Assembly (NCBI GenBank): GCA_044225505.1
Contig: JBGAIN010000020.1
Location: forward strand, 1 to 64,000
Source: Limisphaerales bacterium
GTDB lineage: Bacteria > Verrucomicrobiota > Verrucomicrobiia > Limisphaerales > SIBE01
Reading direction: 5' to 3'
Length of the DNA: 64,000 bases
Numbering within the stretch: position 1 is the first letter of the stretch; each line of letters begins with the position of its first letter. A model generated the notes under the pieces. That model had not been told where the DNA came from. It searched no databases and saw only the letters and a list, made by a program, of their open reading frames with translations. A program made the translations under genes and the position numbers. This document shows positions 48,933-59,400 of this stretch, piece by piece.

Positions 48933-51569
48933 ATGCAACCGCCCAGCGGGAACGTCACCTTTCTCTTCACAGACATCGAAGGCAGTACTCAGTTGTGGGA
49001 TCGTTTCCCGGAGGCCATGGCGGAAGCTTTGGCTCAGCACGATACGCTCGTTCGCGCAGCTCTAGGGAGGCATCAAGGGTTTGTTTTCAAAACCATCGGC
49101 GATGCCTTTTGCGCTGCATTCAACAGTGCGGGACTGGCTGCTCGGGCGGCCGTGGCCATTGTCCGAGATCTGGCTACGGCTTCCTGGGGCGCCACAGGCC
49201 CACTCCGGGTCCGGGTGGCGTTACATAGTGGAGAGGCAGAGCAGCGCGATCAGGATTATTTCGGGCCGACTTTGAATCGATCCGCCCGACTACTCGCCGC
49301 GGCTCATGGCGGCCAGATCCTGCTTTCGCTCGTCACGGCCGAGATGGTGCGCGAACATCTGGAGCTGGATTGTGAACTATCCGACCTCGGCGAGCATTTC
49401 TTGAAAGACTTGAGCCGTCCGGAGCATGTTTTTCAGCTTTGGGCATCCGGATTAGCTCGGGACTTTCCGCCGCTTCGTTCGCTGGCAGTTCTGCCGAACA
49501 ACCTCCCAACACAGATGACTAGTTTGGTGGGACGGACCCGCGAGCTCGCAGAAGTGAAACGTCTGCTCGGTAAAGGCCGTTTATTGACGCTTACGGGACC
49601 TGGCGGGACTGGCAAAACGCGCCTTTCGCTTGAAGCAGCGGCAGACGTTCTCGAACAATTTCCGCATGGCGTCTGGCTGGTGGAGTTGGCGACGCTGTCA
49701 GATCCGGCGTTACTCGCCGCTACGGTGGCTAATGTTTTGGATATTCGTGAGGAACATGACCGCTCGCTGGCGGACACCCTGATCGGTGCGTTGCGAACCC
49801 GGAAGATCCTCTTGGTGTTGGACAACTGCGAACACCTGGTGGATGCCTGTGCCAGACTCGTCGCGGCGATTCTGCCGCGGTCTCCTGGCGTCACTATATT
49901 GGCGAGCAGCCGCGAAGCTCTAAACGTTCCTGGGGAAGCCATCTTTGCCGTTCCGCCGTTAGCAGTTGCGGAGTTCGGCCCAACTCGCACGGAGCTGCCC
50001 GTCGATCGCCTGGCCAAACTGGAAGCTGTGCAGTTGTTTGTGGAGCGAGCCACGGCTGTCCGCAGTGGCTTTGCGCTGACACCGGATAATGCATCCCTGA
50101 TTGCCCGAATCTGTTGGCGGCTGGACGGTATCCCGCTCGCAATCGAGCTCGCCGCGGCGCGCATCAAGGTGCTTCCTTTGGAACAGATTCTTAGCCGACT
50201 GGACGATCGGTTTCGATTATTGAGCACCGGGAGCAGGACGGCATTGCCGCGACAGCAAACGTTAAGTGCCTTGATCGATTGGAGTTATGATCTTTTGTCG
50301 GAGCCGGAGCGCATCCTGTTAAGGCGCCTGACGGTTTTTGTGGCGGGGCGCACCTTGCCCATGGTGGAAGAAGTCTGTTCTGGGGATGGGTTGGAGCGCC
50401 AACAGATCTTCGATCTTCTCTCGGCCCTGGTCGATAAGTCTCTGCTCGTCACCGAGGAGGGGTGGGATGGGGAAACGCGATATACAATGCTCGAGTCTCT
50501 TTGGGATTACGGCGACGAAAAGCTTCTCTTTCATCGCGAGGCGTTGGTCTATCGAAAGAAGCACCTCGATCACTTTATGCGTTGGGTTGAGGCGGCGGAA
50601 CCGGGGTTGTACGGGGCCGATCAGCAGTCCTGGTTAGAGCGGATTGGGTATGAGCACTACAATATTACGACAGCACTCCGGTTCAGCGCTGAAAGCAGCG
50701 AGACTGTCGAATCTGGCCTGCGGCTTGCCGGGTCGGTGGCACGCTATTGGGAGGTTCGCAGTTACCTGGCCGAAGGCTTGGAGCACTTCCGCAAACTCCT
50801 CGATCATGCTGGAGATTACCCCGCGGCGGTGATTGCGAAGGCTGAATTCGGCGCGGGCCGTCTTTCCTGGTCGCAGGATCGTGCGCAAGAGGCGCTGGTT
50901 CACTACCGGAAGGCGCAAGCGATCTATCACCGCTTAGGGATGGGAGAAATCGAAGGGATGCTCCATGCGGTGATAGGTTACGCGGAACTCGACAATGCCA
51001 ATCCTGGTTCCGCCCAAGATCACTTCGGGCGCGCCGCCGCTTTGGGAGAACAACACCGGTCGCGACGAGTTCGAGCGATGGCTGACAATGGCCGCGGAGC
51101 CCTGGCCGCCGACGAAGGACGCTTCGGAGAAGCACGTCGGATCAAAGAAGGCTGCCTGGTTGCGTTTCGCGCCCTGGAGGACGACTGGGCGATCGCGTTG
51201 GTTCTTGGGAGTCTTGGACGAGTTTGTGTCGCCAACGGGGACTTTGAGGATGGTCGTGCTTATCTTAAAGAAGCGCTGACTTTGGGCCAACGGCTTGGAA
51301 ATAAGTGGGCCGTTCCTTACGCGTTCGAAGCATTGGCAACCATCTGCGTTCGTCAGGGCAATGTTCGCTCCGCGGTTCGACTTTATGGCGCCGCTTCCGC
51401 GCAGCGCGAGGCGCTCGCTCTCAAGTTCTCTCCCAAAGAGCGAACGGCTTACGATGCTTCGCTCCACGCCATTCGCAGCGCGGTGTCCGATGGATCGTTC
51501 GATGCCGAATGGGAGAAGGGCCGGAATCTTTCGCTCGCCGAGACCTTTGCGCTTGCTCATGGGTCTTGA
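48933..51569 (+). CDS. Class III adenylate/guanylate cyclase - STAND (NB-ARC-like) ATPase - TPR protein
   Basis: Cyclase: FLFTDIEGST, KTIGD, DYFGPTLNRSARL. ATPase: GPGGTGKT, LVLDNCEH, GIPLAIELAA. TPR-like C-terminus. Confidence 0.92.
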   Translation: MQPPSGNVTFLFTDIEGSTQLWDRFPEAMAEALAQHDTLVRAALGRHQGFVFKTIGDAFCAAFNSAGLAARAAVAIVRDLATASWGATGPLRVRVALHSGEAEQRDQDYFGPTLNRSARLLAAAHGGQILLSLVTAEMVREHLELDCELSDLGEHFLKDLSRPEHVFQLWASGLARDFPPLRSLAVLPNNLPTQMTSLVGRTRELAEVKRLLGKGRLLTLTGPGGTGKTRLSLEAAADVLEQFPHGVWLVELATLSDPALLAATVANVLDIREEHDRSLADTLIGALRTRKILLVLDNCEHLVDACARLVAAILPRSPGVTILASSREALNVPGEAIFAVPPLAVAEFGPTRTELPVDRLAKLEAVQLFVERATAVRSGFALTPDNASLIARICWRLDGIPLAIELAAARIKVLPLEQILSRLDDRFRLLSTGSRTALPRQQTLSALIDWSYDLLSEPERILLRRLTVFVAGRTLPMVEEVCSGDGLERQQIFDLLSALVDKSLLVTEEGWDGETRYTMLESLWDYGDEKLLFHREALVYRKKHLDHFMRWVEAAEPGLYGADQQSWLERIGYEHYNITTALRFSAESSETVESGLRLAGSVARYWEVRSYLAEGLEHFRKLLDHAGDYPAAVIAKAEFGAGRLSWSQDRAQEALVHYRKAQAIYHRLGMGEIEGMLHAVIGYAELDNANPGSAQDHFGRAAALGEQHRSRRVRAMADNGRGALAADEGRFGEARRIKEGCLVAFRALEDDWAIALVLGSLGRVCVANGDFEDGRAYLKEALTLGQRLGNKWAVPYAFEALATICVRQGNVRSAVRLYGAASAQREALALKFSPKERTAYDASLHAIRSAVSDGSFDAEWEKGRNLSLAETFALAHGS

Positions 51570-51613
51570 CGTCTAGGGAGAGCCCGTTCACGTTCAGCGG
51601 CGTTTCTGGAATT

Positions 51614-52852
51614 ATGGTTCGACTCTTGCGCAAAATCTCACTGACTCAGTGGATCATCGCTTCCATGGCCGCAGGAGTCCTGGTGGGATGGCTCTTTCCC
51701 GAATTCTCGCAACAACTGCGGGTGATCTCGAACGTTTTTCTGCGCCTGATTAAGTGTTTGTTGGTCCCGCTCGTCTTCGGAACGCTGGTCGTGGGCATTG
51801 CTGGCCATGGCGACGATCTCCGAGTCGTTGGGCGCCTTGCGTTGCGGTCCATCATTTACTTTGAGGTCGTCACCACCTTGGCGCTGGTCGTCGGTCTCTC
51901 AGTGGTCAATGTCATGCGGCCCGGGGTGGGGGTTGTTTTGCCGCCGCCTTCAGCCGGGAACGCGGGCGTGACCGCGCAAAAGGTCACGTGGCAAGGCATT
52001 ATCGAACATGTCTTTCCGCGGAGCTTCTTTGAGGCGGCCGCTGCCAATGACGTGCTGCAGGTCGTTAGCTTTGCCATCCTGTTCGCGGTCGCCCTCACCC
52101 AAGTTAAAGGCGAGCCCCGTGTGTTCATGCTGAACTTTTGCGAGTCGCTTACGGAAGTGATGTTCAAGTTCGTCAACGTTGTGATGAAGTTCGCACCGTT
52201 CGGAATCGGCGCGGCAATGGCCTTTACCATCGGTCATAGCGGTTTAGGAGTTTTACTGAATCTCGGCAAGCTGATCGCGACCCTCTACATAGCCTTGGGG
52301 ATTTTTTGTTTGGCCGTCTTGTGGCCGGTGGCATTGCTCATTCGGATTCCAGTGGGGCGTTTTTTGAGTGCGATTCGCGATCCAGCTCTGCTGGCATTCT
52401 CGACCACCTCGTCGGACGCAGCCCTGCCTGATGCCATGAAGCGCATGATTGCGTTTGGCGTTCCCAAACGGATCGTTTCGTTTGTCATGCCCCTGGGTTA
52501 CTCCTTCAATCTGGATGGTTCTACCTTGCACCTGGCGGTCGCGTCGGTCTTTGTCGCTCAAGCTGCAGGCGTCGACCTCACTCTGGGGCAGCAACTGACC
52601 ATCATGCTGACGTTGATGTTGACCAGTAAAGGAATGGCCGGAGTACCCCGCGCTTCCCAGGTGATCCTTGCTGGAACGCTCGTGAGCTTCGATCTCCCGC
52701 TGGAAGGGGTGGTCTTGATCATGGGAGTGGACGAACTCATGGACATGGCCCGGACTACCGTGAACCTGGTCGGTAACTGTCTCGCCACCGCTGTCATCGG
52801 ACGCTGGGAGCGGGAACTCGCGCCGCCGTCGAACGAGCCCGTCGCCAATTGA
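51614..52852 (+). CDS. Dicarboxylate/amino acid:cation symporter (GltP/DctA family)
   Basis: FLRLIK, AFSTTSS, GYSFNLDG, TSKGMAGVPR and DMARTTVN. Confidence 0.93.
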   Translation: MVRLLRKISLTQWIIASMAAGVLVGWLFPEFSQQLRVISNVFLRLIKCLLVPLVFGTLVVGIAGHGDDLRVVGRLALRSIIYFEVVTTLALVVGLSVVNVMRPGVGVVLPPPSAGNAGVTAQKVTWQGIIEHVFPRSFFEAAAANDVLQVVSFAILFAVALTQVKGEPRVFMLNFCESLTEVMFKFVNVVMKFAPFGIGAAMAFTIGHSGLGVLLNLGKLIATLYIALGIFCLAVLWPVALLIRIPVGRFLSAIRDPALLAFSTTSSDAALPDAMKRMIAFGVPKRIVSFVMPLGYSFNLDGSTLHLAVASVFVAQAAGVDLTLGQQLTIMLTLMLTSKGMAGVPRASQVILAGTLVSFDLPLEGVVLIMGVDELMDMARTTVNLVGNCLATAVIGRWERELAPPSNEPVAN

Positions 52853-52931
52853 CGCTTGTCTTCCCCAACTCCTTCGACAATATCGTTGCGAATCTTATCC
52901 GCGCTCAATAGCCTAGATAAGACGGGTCGCC

Positions 52932-53267
52932 ATGTCAGACATTAACCCCTATGCAATTTCGGCCGGGCCGGAACTCGACCGCATTATTCATCAGCTTGTA
53001 ATGGGTGAGGCGGGTGAGCGATGCCCAGAGTACTCGACAGACGAAACCGCAGCTCGCCGCGTCCTGGCGAAGCTCAAATCCGTTCCGGGTAAGACGGTGG
53101 TCGTTGGGCGCACTGCTCTCCGGCAAAAGCGCTTCTTCGCCCGTTACGAGACCAACGCCAGTGATGGGACGGAGGTGCTTGCCGAAACCCTTCCTCTCGC
53201 AATCTGCCGACTGGCTCTCCTTCGAATTCAAAAAGAGCACGATGGCTTGCGGATTGGGTCCCGGTGA
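52932..53267 (+). CDS. Small protein resembling the phage ABA-sandwich (BC1872-like) domain
   Basis: AGPELDRIIHQLVMG...PEYSTDETAARRVL...AETLPLAICRLAL. Confidence 0.7.
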   Translation: MSDINPYAISAGPELDRIIHQLVMGEAGERCPEYSTDETAARRVLAKLKSVPGKTVVVGRTALRQKRFFARYETNASDGTEVLAETLPLAICRLALLRIQKEHDGLRIGSR

Positions 53268-53324
53268 TCCGAAGGTTTCGCGTGTGCCAACGCCACAGTT
53301 CGGCTGGGGCGTGGGGAGAAAGCG

Positions 53325-53990
53325 TTAAAACTTCGACTTCTGCCTTACCGCTTCGCGAAGCCGACGGAGGAACTCCTCTCTTCCAATCCTTCGGGCTCCA
53401 AGGCTTTCCGTGTGGGGACTCACCATTTGGATGTCGAACAGTCGAAAGCCTCGCTCGGCGAGATGATTAACCAGATGCACGAGGGCGACTTTGGATGCGT
53501 TGCTCACTGTGTGGAACATCGATTCGCCGGCAAAGAGCCCGCCTACTTGCACTCCATACACTCCGCCCACCAGGACGTCGTTTTGCCAACATTCCACGCT
53601 ATGAGCGTGACCCACGTCGTGGAGCCTCCCATACGCCTCCAAGAACTTCGGCGCGATCCAGGTCTTCTCCCGATCCGGCCGGGGCGCTGCACATTCTCGC
53701 ATCACCTCCCGAAATGCTTGATTGCGAGTCACGCGGAAGTGCTCTTGCCGCAATACCTTAGCGAGGCTGCGGGAGATGCGCAACTCGTCCAGTTCGAGAA
53801 TTCCCCGCGGGTCTGGCGACCACCATGTGATCGGGTCCGCGCTCCACGGAAATATTCCGCTCCGGTAAGCGAGCACCAGCCGTTCGATACTAAGATCCCC
53901 TCCGACGGCCACGAGCCCGTTTAGTGTCCCCAGGCTAACTGCGTCTCGGGGGTCAGGAAACCACAGCTCTTTTTTGAGGACTTGCCACAT
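53325..53990 (-). CDS. aat: Leucyl/phenylalanyl-tRNA--protein transferase
   Basis: GGDLS, AYRSGIFPW, WWSPDPR, AHSVE, GESMF and ASKVAL. Confidence 0.96.
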   Translation of the reverse strand: MWQVLKKELWFPDPRDAVSLGTLNGLVAVGGDLSIERLVLAYRSGIFPWSADPITWWSPDPRGILELDELRISRSLAKVLRQEHFRVTRNQAFREVMRECAAPRPDREKTWIAPKFLEAYGRLHDVGHAHSVECWQNDVLVGGVYGVQVGGLFAGESMFHTVSNASKVALVHLVNHLAERGFRLFDIQMVSPHTESLGARRIGREEFLRRLREAVRQKSKF

Positions 53991-54094
53991 GCGCTCGTAA
54001 AAGAGGCCAACTTCGGCTCTCTGCGAACCTGTGACTTAGAATAACGAGTTCCTCCGCCGTTGCGAGTTTTTGCTTTTAGGCTCCGCACTCGCTT

Positions 54095-54523
54095 CTAGCT
54101 GATGAACTTGTGCGTTTCCGCCGTTTGTAGTTGTCTCAAGATCGCTTCTTCCCAACGGCAAGCGGCTTCTGGATCTTCCACGTCCCGGTGATCGGCCCAT
54201 TCCCGGCAGGCCAGCGCATAGGCCCAGCCTTGAGCCACGGAAACTGGCTCCGCCTTGTTGAACTCCACCGCAAAGAATCGGCCGGTGCAATCCAGGCACA
54301 ATGCCGAGACTCGCGCACTTGCCGTTGCGCTCCAAACGTAGATCGCTGTGAGTCCAGCGCCGGCGATCACTCGTGCCAACCCCTCTCGCGCATTGCGAGA
54401 AAGAACGCCGATGCGCCGATCCCGATTCTCGCACGCACTCAGCGAGCTGAGAAACTTGGCTTTGGAAACGGAACTGCCATTTCCGTCGTGCTCTGATATC
54501 GCGGTATTAAAGGTTTTGTGCAT
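54095..54523 (-). CDS. Hypothetical protein
   Basis: 142-aa ATG ORF with no recognised motif. Confidence 0.45.
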   Translation of the reverse strand: MHKTFNTAISEHDGNGSSVSKAKFLSSLSACENRDRRIGVLSRNAREGLARVIAGAGLTAIYVWSATASARVSALCLDCTGRFFAVEFNKAEPVSVAQGWAYALACREWADHRDVEDPEAACRWEEAILRQLQTAETHKFIS

Positions 54524-54888
54524 TCGAGTTCGTCGTTATCGTTCAACGACTTGGGAATTCTGTGCTCGTTTATGATGCTCCACGCGCCCGTGCCGACGCC
54601 TACTTGCATCGTCCAATCTTTGGACAGCTTTGACTTATCAAGCAAAAAGCCGAGCTGTTTGGTAACCCCGCCGGACCGGAAATATTATTTCAAGGCACGC
54701 TGTCCGTCGCCCGTTAGTTCGTCGATCGCAGGACCTTGGCGCGACGGCAGGCCCATTGACCGCCCTGGACCTGCTCTTCGCGTCGGCGGGTTCTCTCGGA
54801 CATAATCCACTGAAGTCACGATCAGGCGCCGTTCTGGTCTTCATCGATCCTCAATCGAGATCATTGCCTACCAACAGGCCATCAAGAC

Positions 54889-54928
54889 CTGATCGAAGGC
54901 TGATCGAAGGCTGATCGAAGGCTGATCG
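54889..54928. repeat. Tandem repeat of the 11-mer CTGATCGAAGG (3 full copies plus 7 nt)
   Basis: Read directly from the sequence. Confidence 0.95.
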
Positions 54929-55331
54929 CTGCTTGTGGCCAGGTTGTGCCCGAATAAGGTCGCATCAATAGCCTGGCGTTGTGATTGAACCGCCCGAAAT
55001 CTCAATCTCACCATCGACGCCCCGGTCGCGGCGCTGGTTGTTCCGCAGATCCCATGGTTTCAGGCGGAAACCGCCTAATCTGGGACGTGTTGTAAGGCTC
55101 AAGAACAGTTCTAGCGTGAGTCTGAACTCGCTCTGCACGACGTCCCCGGCCCAGAGAGCTCACTTCGGTTTTGACGTCGTCCAAAGAGGCGCGGATAAGT
55201 GGAGGGCTCTCGTTGTCCACAACCATGACCGACCCTCTTCCAGGATACGGCTGTCGCTCGCCCGAGCGCAGCGACGCCGTATCGCGAAGTACCGCGAGGG
55301 GCCGGCAACGACCCATAGACCTCCACTATCC

Positions 55332-55799
55332 ATGAATCCTGTTCACGGTCACTACCTCGTTCGTCCCGAAGATCTTTTCTGGCGCCCGTCCAACTTGATG
55401 AAAATCCCCAATGCCGATTACCTGGAACGAACGGGGAGTGAGAACTTGGGAGCCCGGCTATGGCGGTTGCCCCCAAAGAGCGCGAATACGTTGCATAAAC
55501 ACATCCGCGCGGAGGAGTTTTACTTCGTCTTGGAAGGGACCGGGCGAATGCGCGTCGGAGACCAAACCTTGACTGTTCCTCGCTACGGCGGGGTGCTGGT
55601 CGGGCCAAACGAGTTGCGTCAAGTCTTCAACGACACGGACGTGGAAGTGTTGTGGCTCATCCTTGGCGCTCCAGAGGAACTGGAGTTTCTGCAAGGCGCG
55701 AAATCGAAGATGGACTTGTCGCTCATCTATCCCGTGGACCCAACGCAATTACCCAAGGAGCTCGACGGGACGGCATGGCCTCCGAAAGATCAGGCTTAG
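55332..55799 (+). CDS. Cupin domain protein
   Basis: LHKHIRAEEFYFVLEG...RQVFN. ATG 55332 preferred over the ORF-track 54981. Confidence 0.88.
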   Translation: MNPVHGHYLVRPEDLFWRPSNLMKIPNADYLERTGSENLGARLWRLPPKSANTLHKHIRAEEFYFVLEGTGRMRVGDQTLTVPRYGGVLVGPNELRQVFNDTDVEVLWLILGAPEELEFLQGAKSKMDLSLIYPVDPTQLPKELDGTAWPPKDQA

Positions 55800-56443
55800 G
55801 CCGGGCCATCGTCGCCGCCCCGCCGACCGGATGGGTTTCCACGAACGGAGTCGGTGAGGGCCAGCGAGGTCCATGTCGAACGGACGCCTCGGCAGGCCAG
55901 CAACGGAAGAATCCGCAGCCTCTTCCGGCGGCAGATAAAACACCCCGTGACGCGGGGGGAGGGCAACGTCTGACCTCGGCCGTTGAGTAGTTTGTATTGT
56001 CCCGGGAGGCGCTAGTTGAGGCTAGGGAATCAGATATCGAGCACACGGAGTCGTGCCGATTGTGGCAAGCCAGGGCGTGCGGCGGAGTGTTTGCCCATGA
56101 TAGACGGTGATTTGACTTGTGTTCGTCTTCCTTCGATGGCGGCGCCGGGCGAGCCGATTTGCGGATGGATTCATTCAATGCTGCGTCGCCGAAAGGTGTC
56201 GCAATAAAATTCTTTACTTCGAGGAAGGAGCAGGGCTACAAAGCTGCATTCCGAAGGCACTGCTGCTCGACCGCTACGCGCACACACCCCGGACGACGTG
56301 TGACGTGCCGACCCAGCGGCTCTATACTTGGAAGGTCTAACGACACGGCGGACATTGACGTGTGGCGTAGATTCCTCACTCATAGCCGCGCGGTGCTGGG
56401 ATCTTCTTTGTTTCCGCAACCAAACCTACAACCAAGCGACGCT

Positions 56444-59400
56444 ATGAACCTTACATGGTTATTCAGCCGAGTCGGTTCGAGGGCTCATTCTGCCCTCAGA
56501 AAAAACGTATCGCCAACCCGTTTCAGTCAGTCCGAATTTGCATCCGCAGCGCGAAGACCTAGCGCTTCGGGGCTCGCTGCGCTCTGCGTGGCCAGTGGAC
56601 TGACGGCATTGGGCGGGACTCTGAATACGGACTTTAGCTCGGACCCAGGCGGGTCTGTGCTGGGGGATAAGACGCGCGTTGAAAACGGGATTCTGAAACT
56701 GCAGGACCTCCAGGATTTTATCGATGGCACAGCAACGCTGCCGATGCATGGGTCATACGTCTTTGCGCCCCTGGACGGCACGCAGAAAGTGGCCAGCTTT
56801 AACGCCAAGTTTCACGCGAGTATCCACGGTGGCACAGAGCAGGGAGCGCAAGGCTTCAGTTTTGTTTTGGCGAGCGACATTGCGGGGTTTACCGCTCCTT
56901 TCCGTGAAGGCGGCGCTACGGGAGACGGGACCGGCTTTAGCACCGGGTTGATCATTTCGTTCGATACCGTCGACAACGCCGNCAATGATCCGGGCGATGC
57001 CCCGGGCGTCATCGTCCGGATTGGCGGGCAGAGAGTTGCCGCGAAGAAATTTACGAACTTGCGAACGGGTCCGGCGGGCAGCCAAACCCCTGTCTTTGTC
57101 CCGGTGGAAATCAATCTGGACGCGGATGGGACGTTAGACGTCACCTACAATGGAGTCAAAATCTACGACAATTTCGGAATTCCCTACGCGCCCATCGCGG
57201 GCAACTTCGGCCTTGGTTCAGGAACTGCCGAATTAACCGCGGCGATTCGAGCTAACCATTGGTTCGACGACATGAGCCTCACAACCACGACGGTAACGAC
57301 AGGGCCCGTGCTGCTCTCGGCGTTGCCGCTCGGGACGGTTGTGCGTCCCGATGCGTCGATTGAGGTGCAGGTCGAGAACCTAGGAGCGGCGACCGTCCAA
57401 GTGCAGTTGGATAACCAAACGCTGACAGCCCAGACGACCACCGCGGGCGGTATCACGACGATCTCAGCTAAACCGCCCACCTCGCTCGTTCCCAACTCCA
57501 CGCATGAAGTAAAAGTGACATACGGCACTAAGTCCTTGTCGTGGAGCTTCGGGGTTTTGAATGCGACGATCATTCCGGCGGGCTTTGCCGTTCCAGACAC
57601 CGCGGTGGATACGGCTAAAACCGGCTTCAGCGTGCGAGTGCACCAGTTGGAAACCGCGCCTGTGGCCGGGAATACCATTCAGCGCGGCGAAGATCAGCTC
57701 GCTGGAAAACTGGGCGCGAATATCGCGGACCTCACTCAGGCGGCCGCCGGAGTGTTTACGCGATCCCTGATCAATATGGAAGGCACGGGCGCCGCCGAAG
57801 CCGGAGTTTTCAACGCTACGGAAGGACATCCAGATGAGCTCATTCCTGGAATTCCCGGGAGCACAGCTTCCACGGACAACATTGCCATGGAAGTAACTGG
57901 GTATTTGGAGCTGAAGAAGGGGGTGTACACTTTTGGCCTGGTGACGGATGACAACGCGCGGCTGACGATTGGTCCTGACCCTCGGGATGCGACAGCTGCG
58001 CGCCTGATCGATGTCGCCGTTACGACGGGCACATCTACGATCCTGGTCGATGCGGACGGGCTCTATCCGTTCCGAATCGTCTGGACGCAAGGGGGAGGCG
58101 GGGTGCACCTGGAGTTGTGGTCTACGCTGGCAGCCGGGAAACAGGTGCTGCTGAACGACACCGCGGCCGGCGGCGTCAAGGTTTACGCCCAGGCGAAGGC
58201 CGGAGTGCAAAAGGCCCCTTATGTTAGCTCGGCCAAACCGTTACCCGGGGATGCCAACGTGTCCACGACACCGAAGATCGAATTGGCCATCACGGAAGAT
58301 GCCACGACGGTCACCCCTGCTTCCATTCAGCTCTTTGTCAATGGCACGCAGGCGACACTCGCCGACGGCGCGGTCACCAAGGAGGGTAAAGTGACGACCG
58401 TCAAGCACACGGTTTCAACTCCGTTGACGCCTCTCTCCGACCAGACCTTAAAACTCCTCTTTACAGACGGCGCGGGAAATAACGTGAGTCGAGAATGGAA
58501 ATTCGCCACAGGCAAAGCGCAAGCGGGCAATCTGGCGAATGCGGTCAAGGGCCAATGGGATTTCCAGAACGGCAACCTCGGAGCCACAGTCGGACGTGAC
58601 CTCCAATACATCGATAGTGCGCTCGCGAGCCGATACCAGTTCGGCACGGCTTCCTCGTTTGGAATTGCCTTGCTCGGCGGCAAAGATGTCAAAGTTCTCC
58701 GGGTTCCGTTTATCGCTTCGGATGAAGCGGACGCCAAAGGGGCGCTCTTCAAGAGGATCGGGTTGCGCATGGATCATAACATCGCACCGAACGGCGGCGG
58801 CACGAAAGTTAACCAATACACCTTCATCATGGATGTCCTGTGGGGGCCTGAGGGCACTGGGTTCGGCTCGCTGATGCAGACCCATGACCTGGAGAATCCC
58901 ACCGACGGCGATATGTTCTGGCGCGCGAGCGATGGCTACTACGGCAAAGGCTGCTGCTCTCTCTATGACGCGGTGCCTGGAGTTTCTGGCCCTGGCCAAG
59001 CGCGTAGCGAATGGGCCCGGGTTGTGTTCGCCGTCGACTTGACCAGCAGCCCGCGCAAATTCGCCAAGTTTATCAACGGCAAGAAACATCGCGAAGACCT
59101 GACCGGCGACGGCAACGCCCTCGACTCCCGGTTCGGTCTGCCTCCTCAAGTCTTCCTGTTTGGCGATGGCGACGATAACGAACGTGCGGAAGCGTACGTT
59201 AATTCCATTCAGATTCGCGCAGGCGCGATGAGCGACGAAGACATCGCGGCGTTGGGGGGCGCAAGCGCTGCTGGCATCCCCACACCCAACCCGGTTAAGG
59301 GACAATGGGATTTTGCGGGCAACCTGAGTGCCTCCGTTGGACAAGACTTGGCCTACATCGATAACGGCCTCGCCTCCCATTACAAGTTCGGCACCACCAG

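Noticed and set aside
54685..54845. Minus-strand peptide ...VTSVDYVRENP..., reminiscent of the RAYT catalytic YxxxNP motif
   Set aside because: Only a few residues match, there is no upstream HuH motif, and it could be chance.
54889..54928. Possible CRISPR array
   Set aside because: Contiguous 11-mers without spacers, and no cas genes in the window.
52853..55331. Possible prophage or genomic island around the phage-like gene
   Set aside because: No integrase, structural genes, tRNA or att repeats, and the housekeeping gene aat lies in the middle.
56170..56260. Possible c-di-GMP-I riboswitch
   Set aside because: A GAAA hairpin is present, but the flanking conserved elements and second stem were not found.
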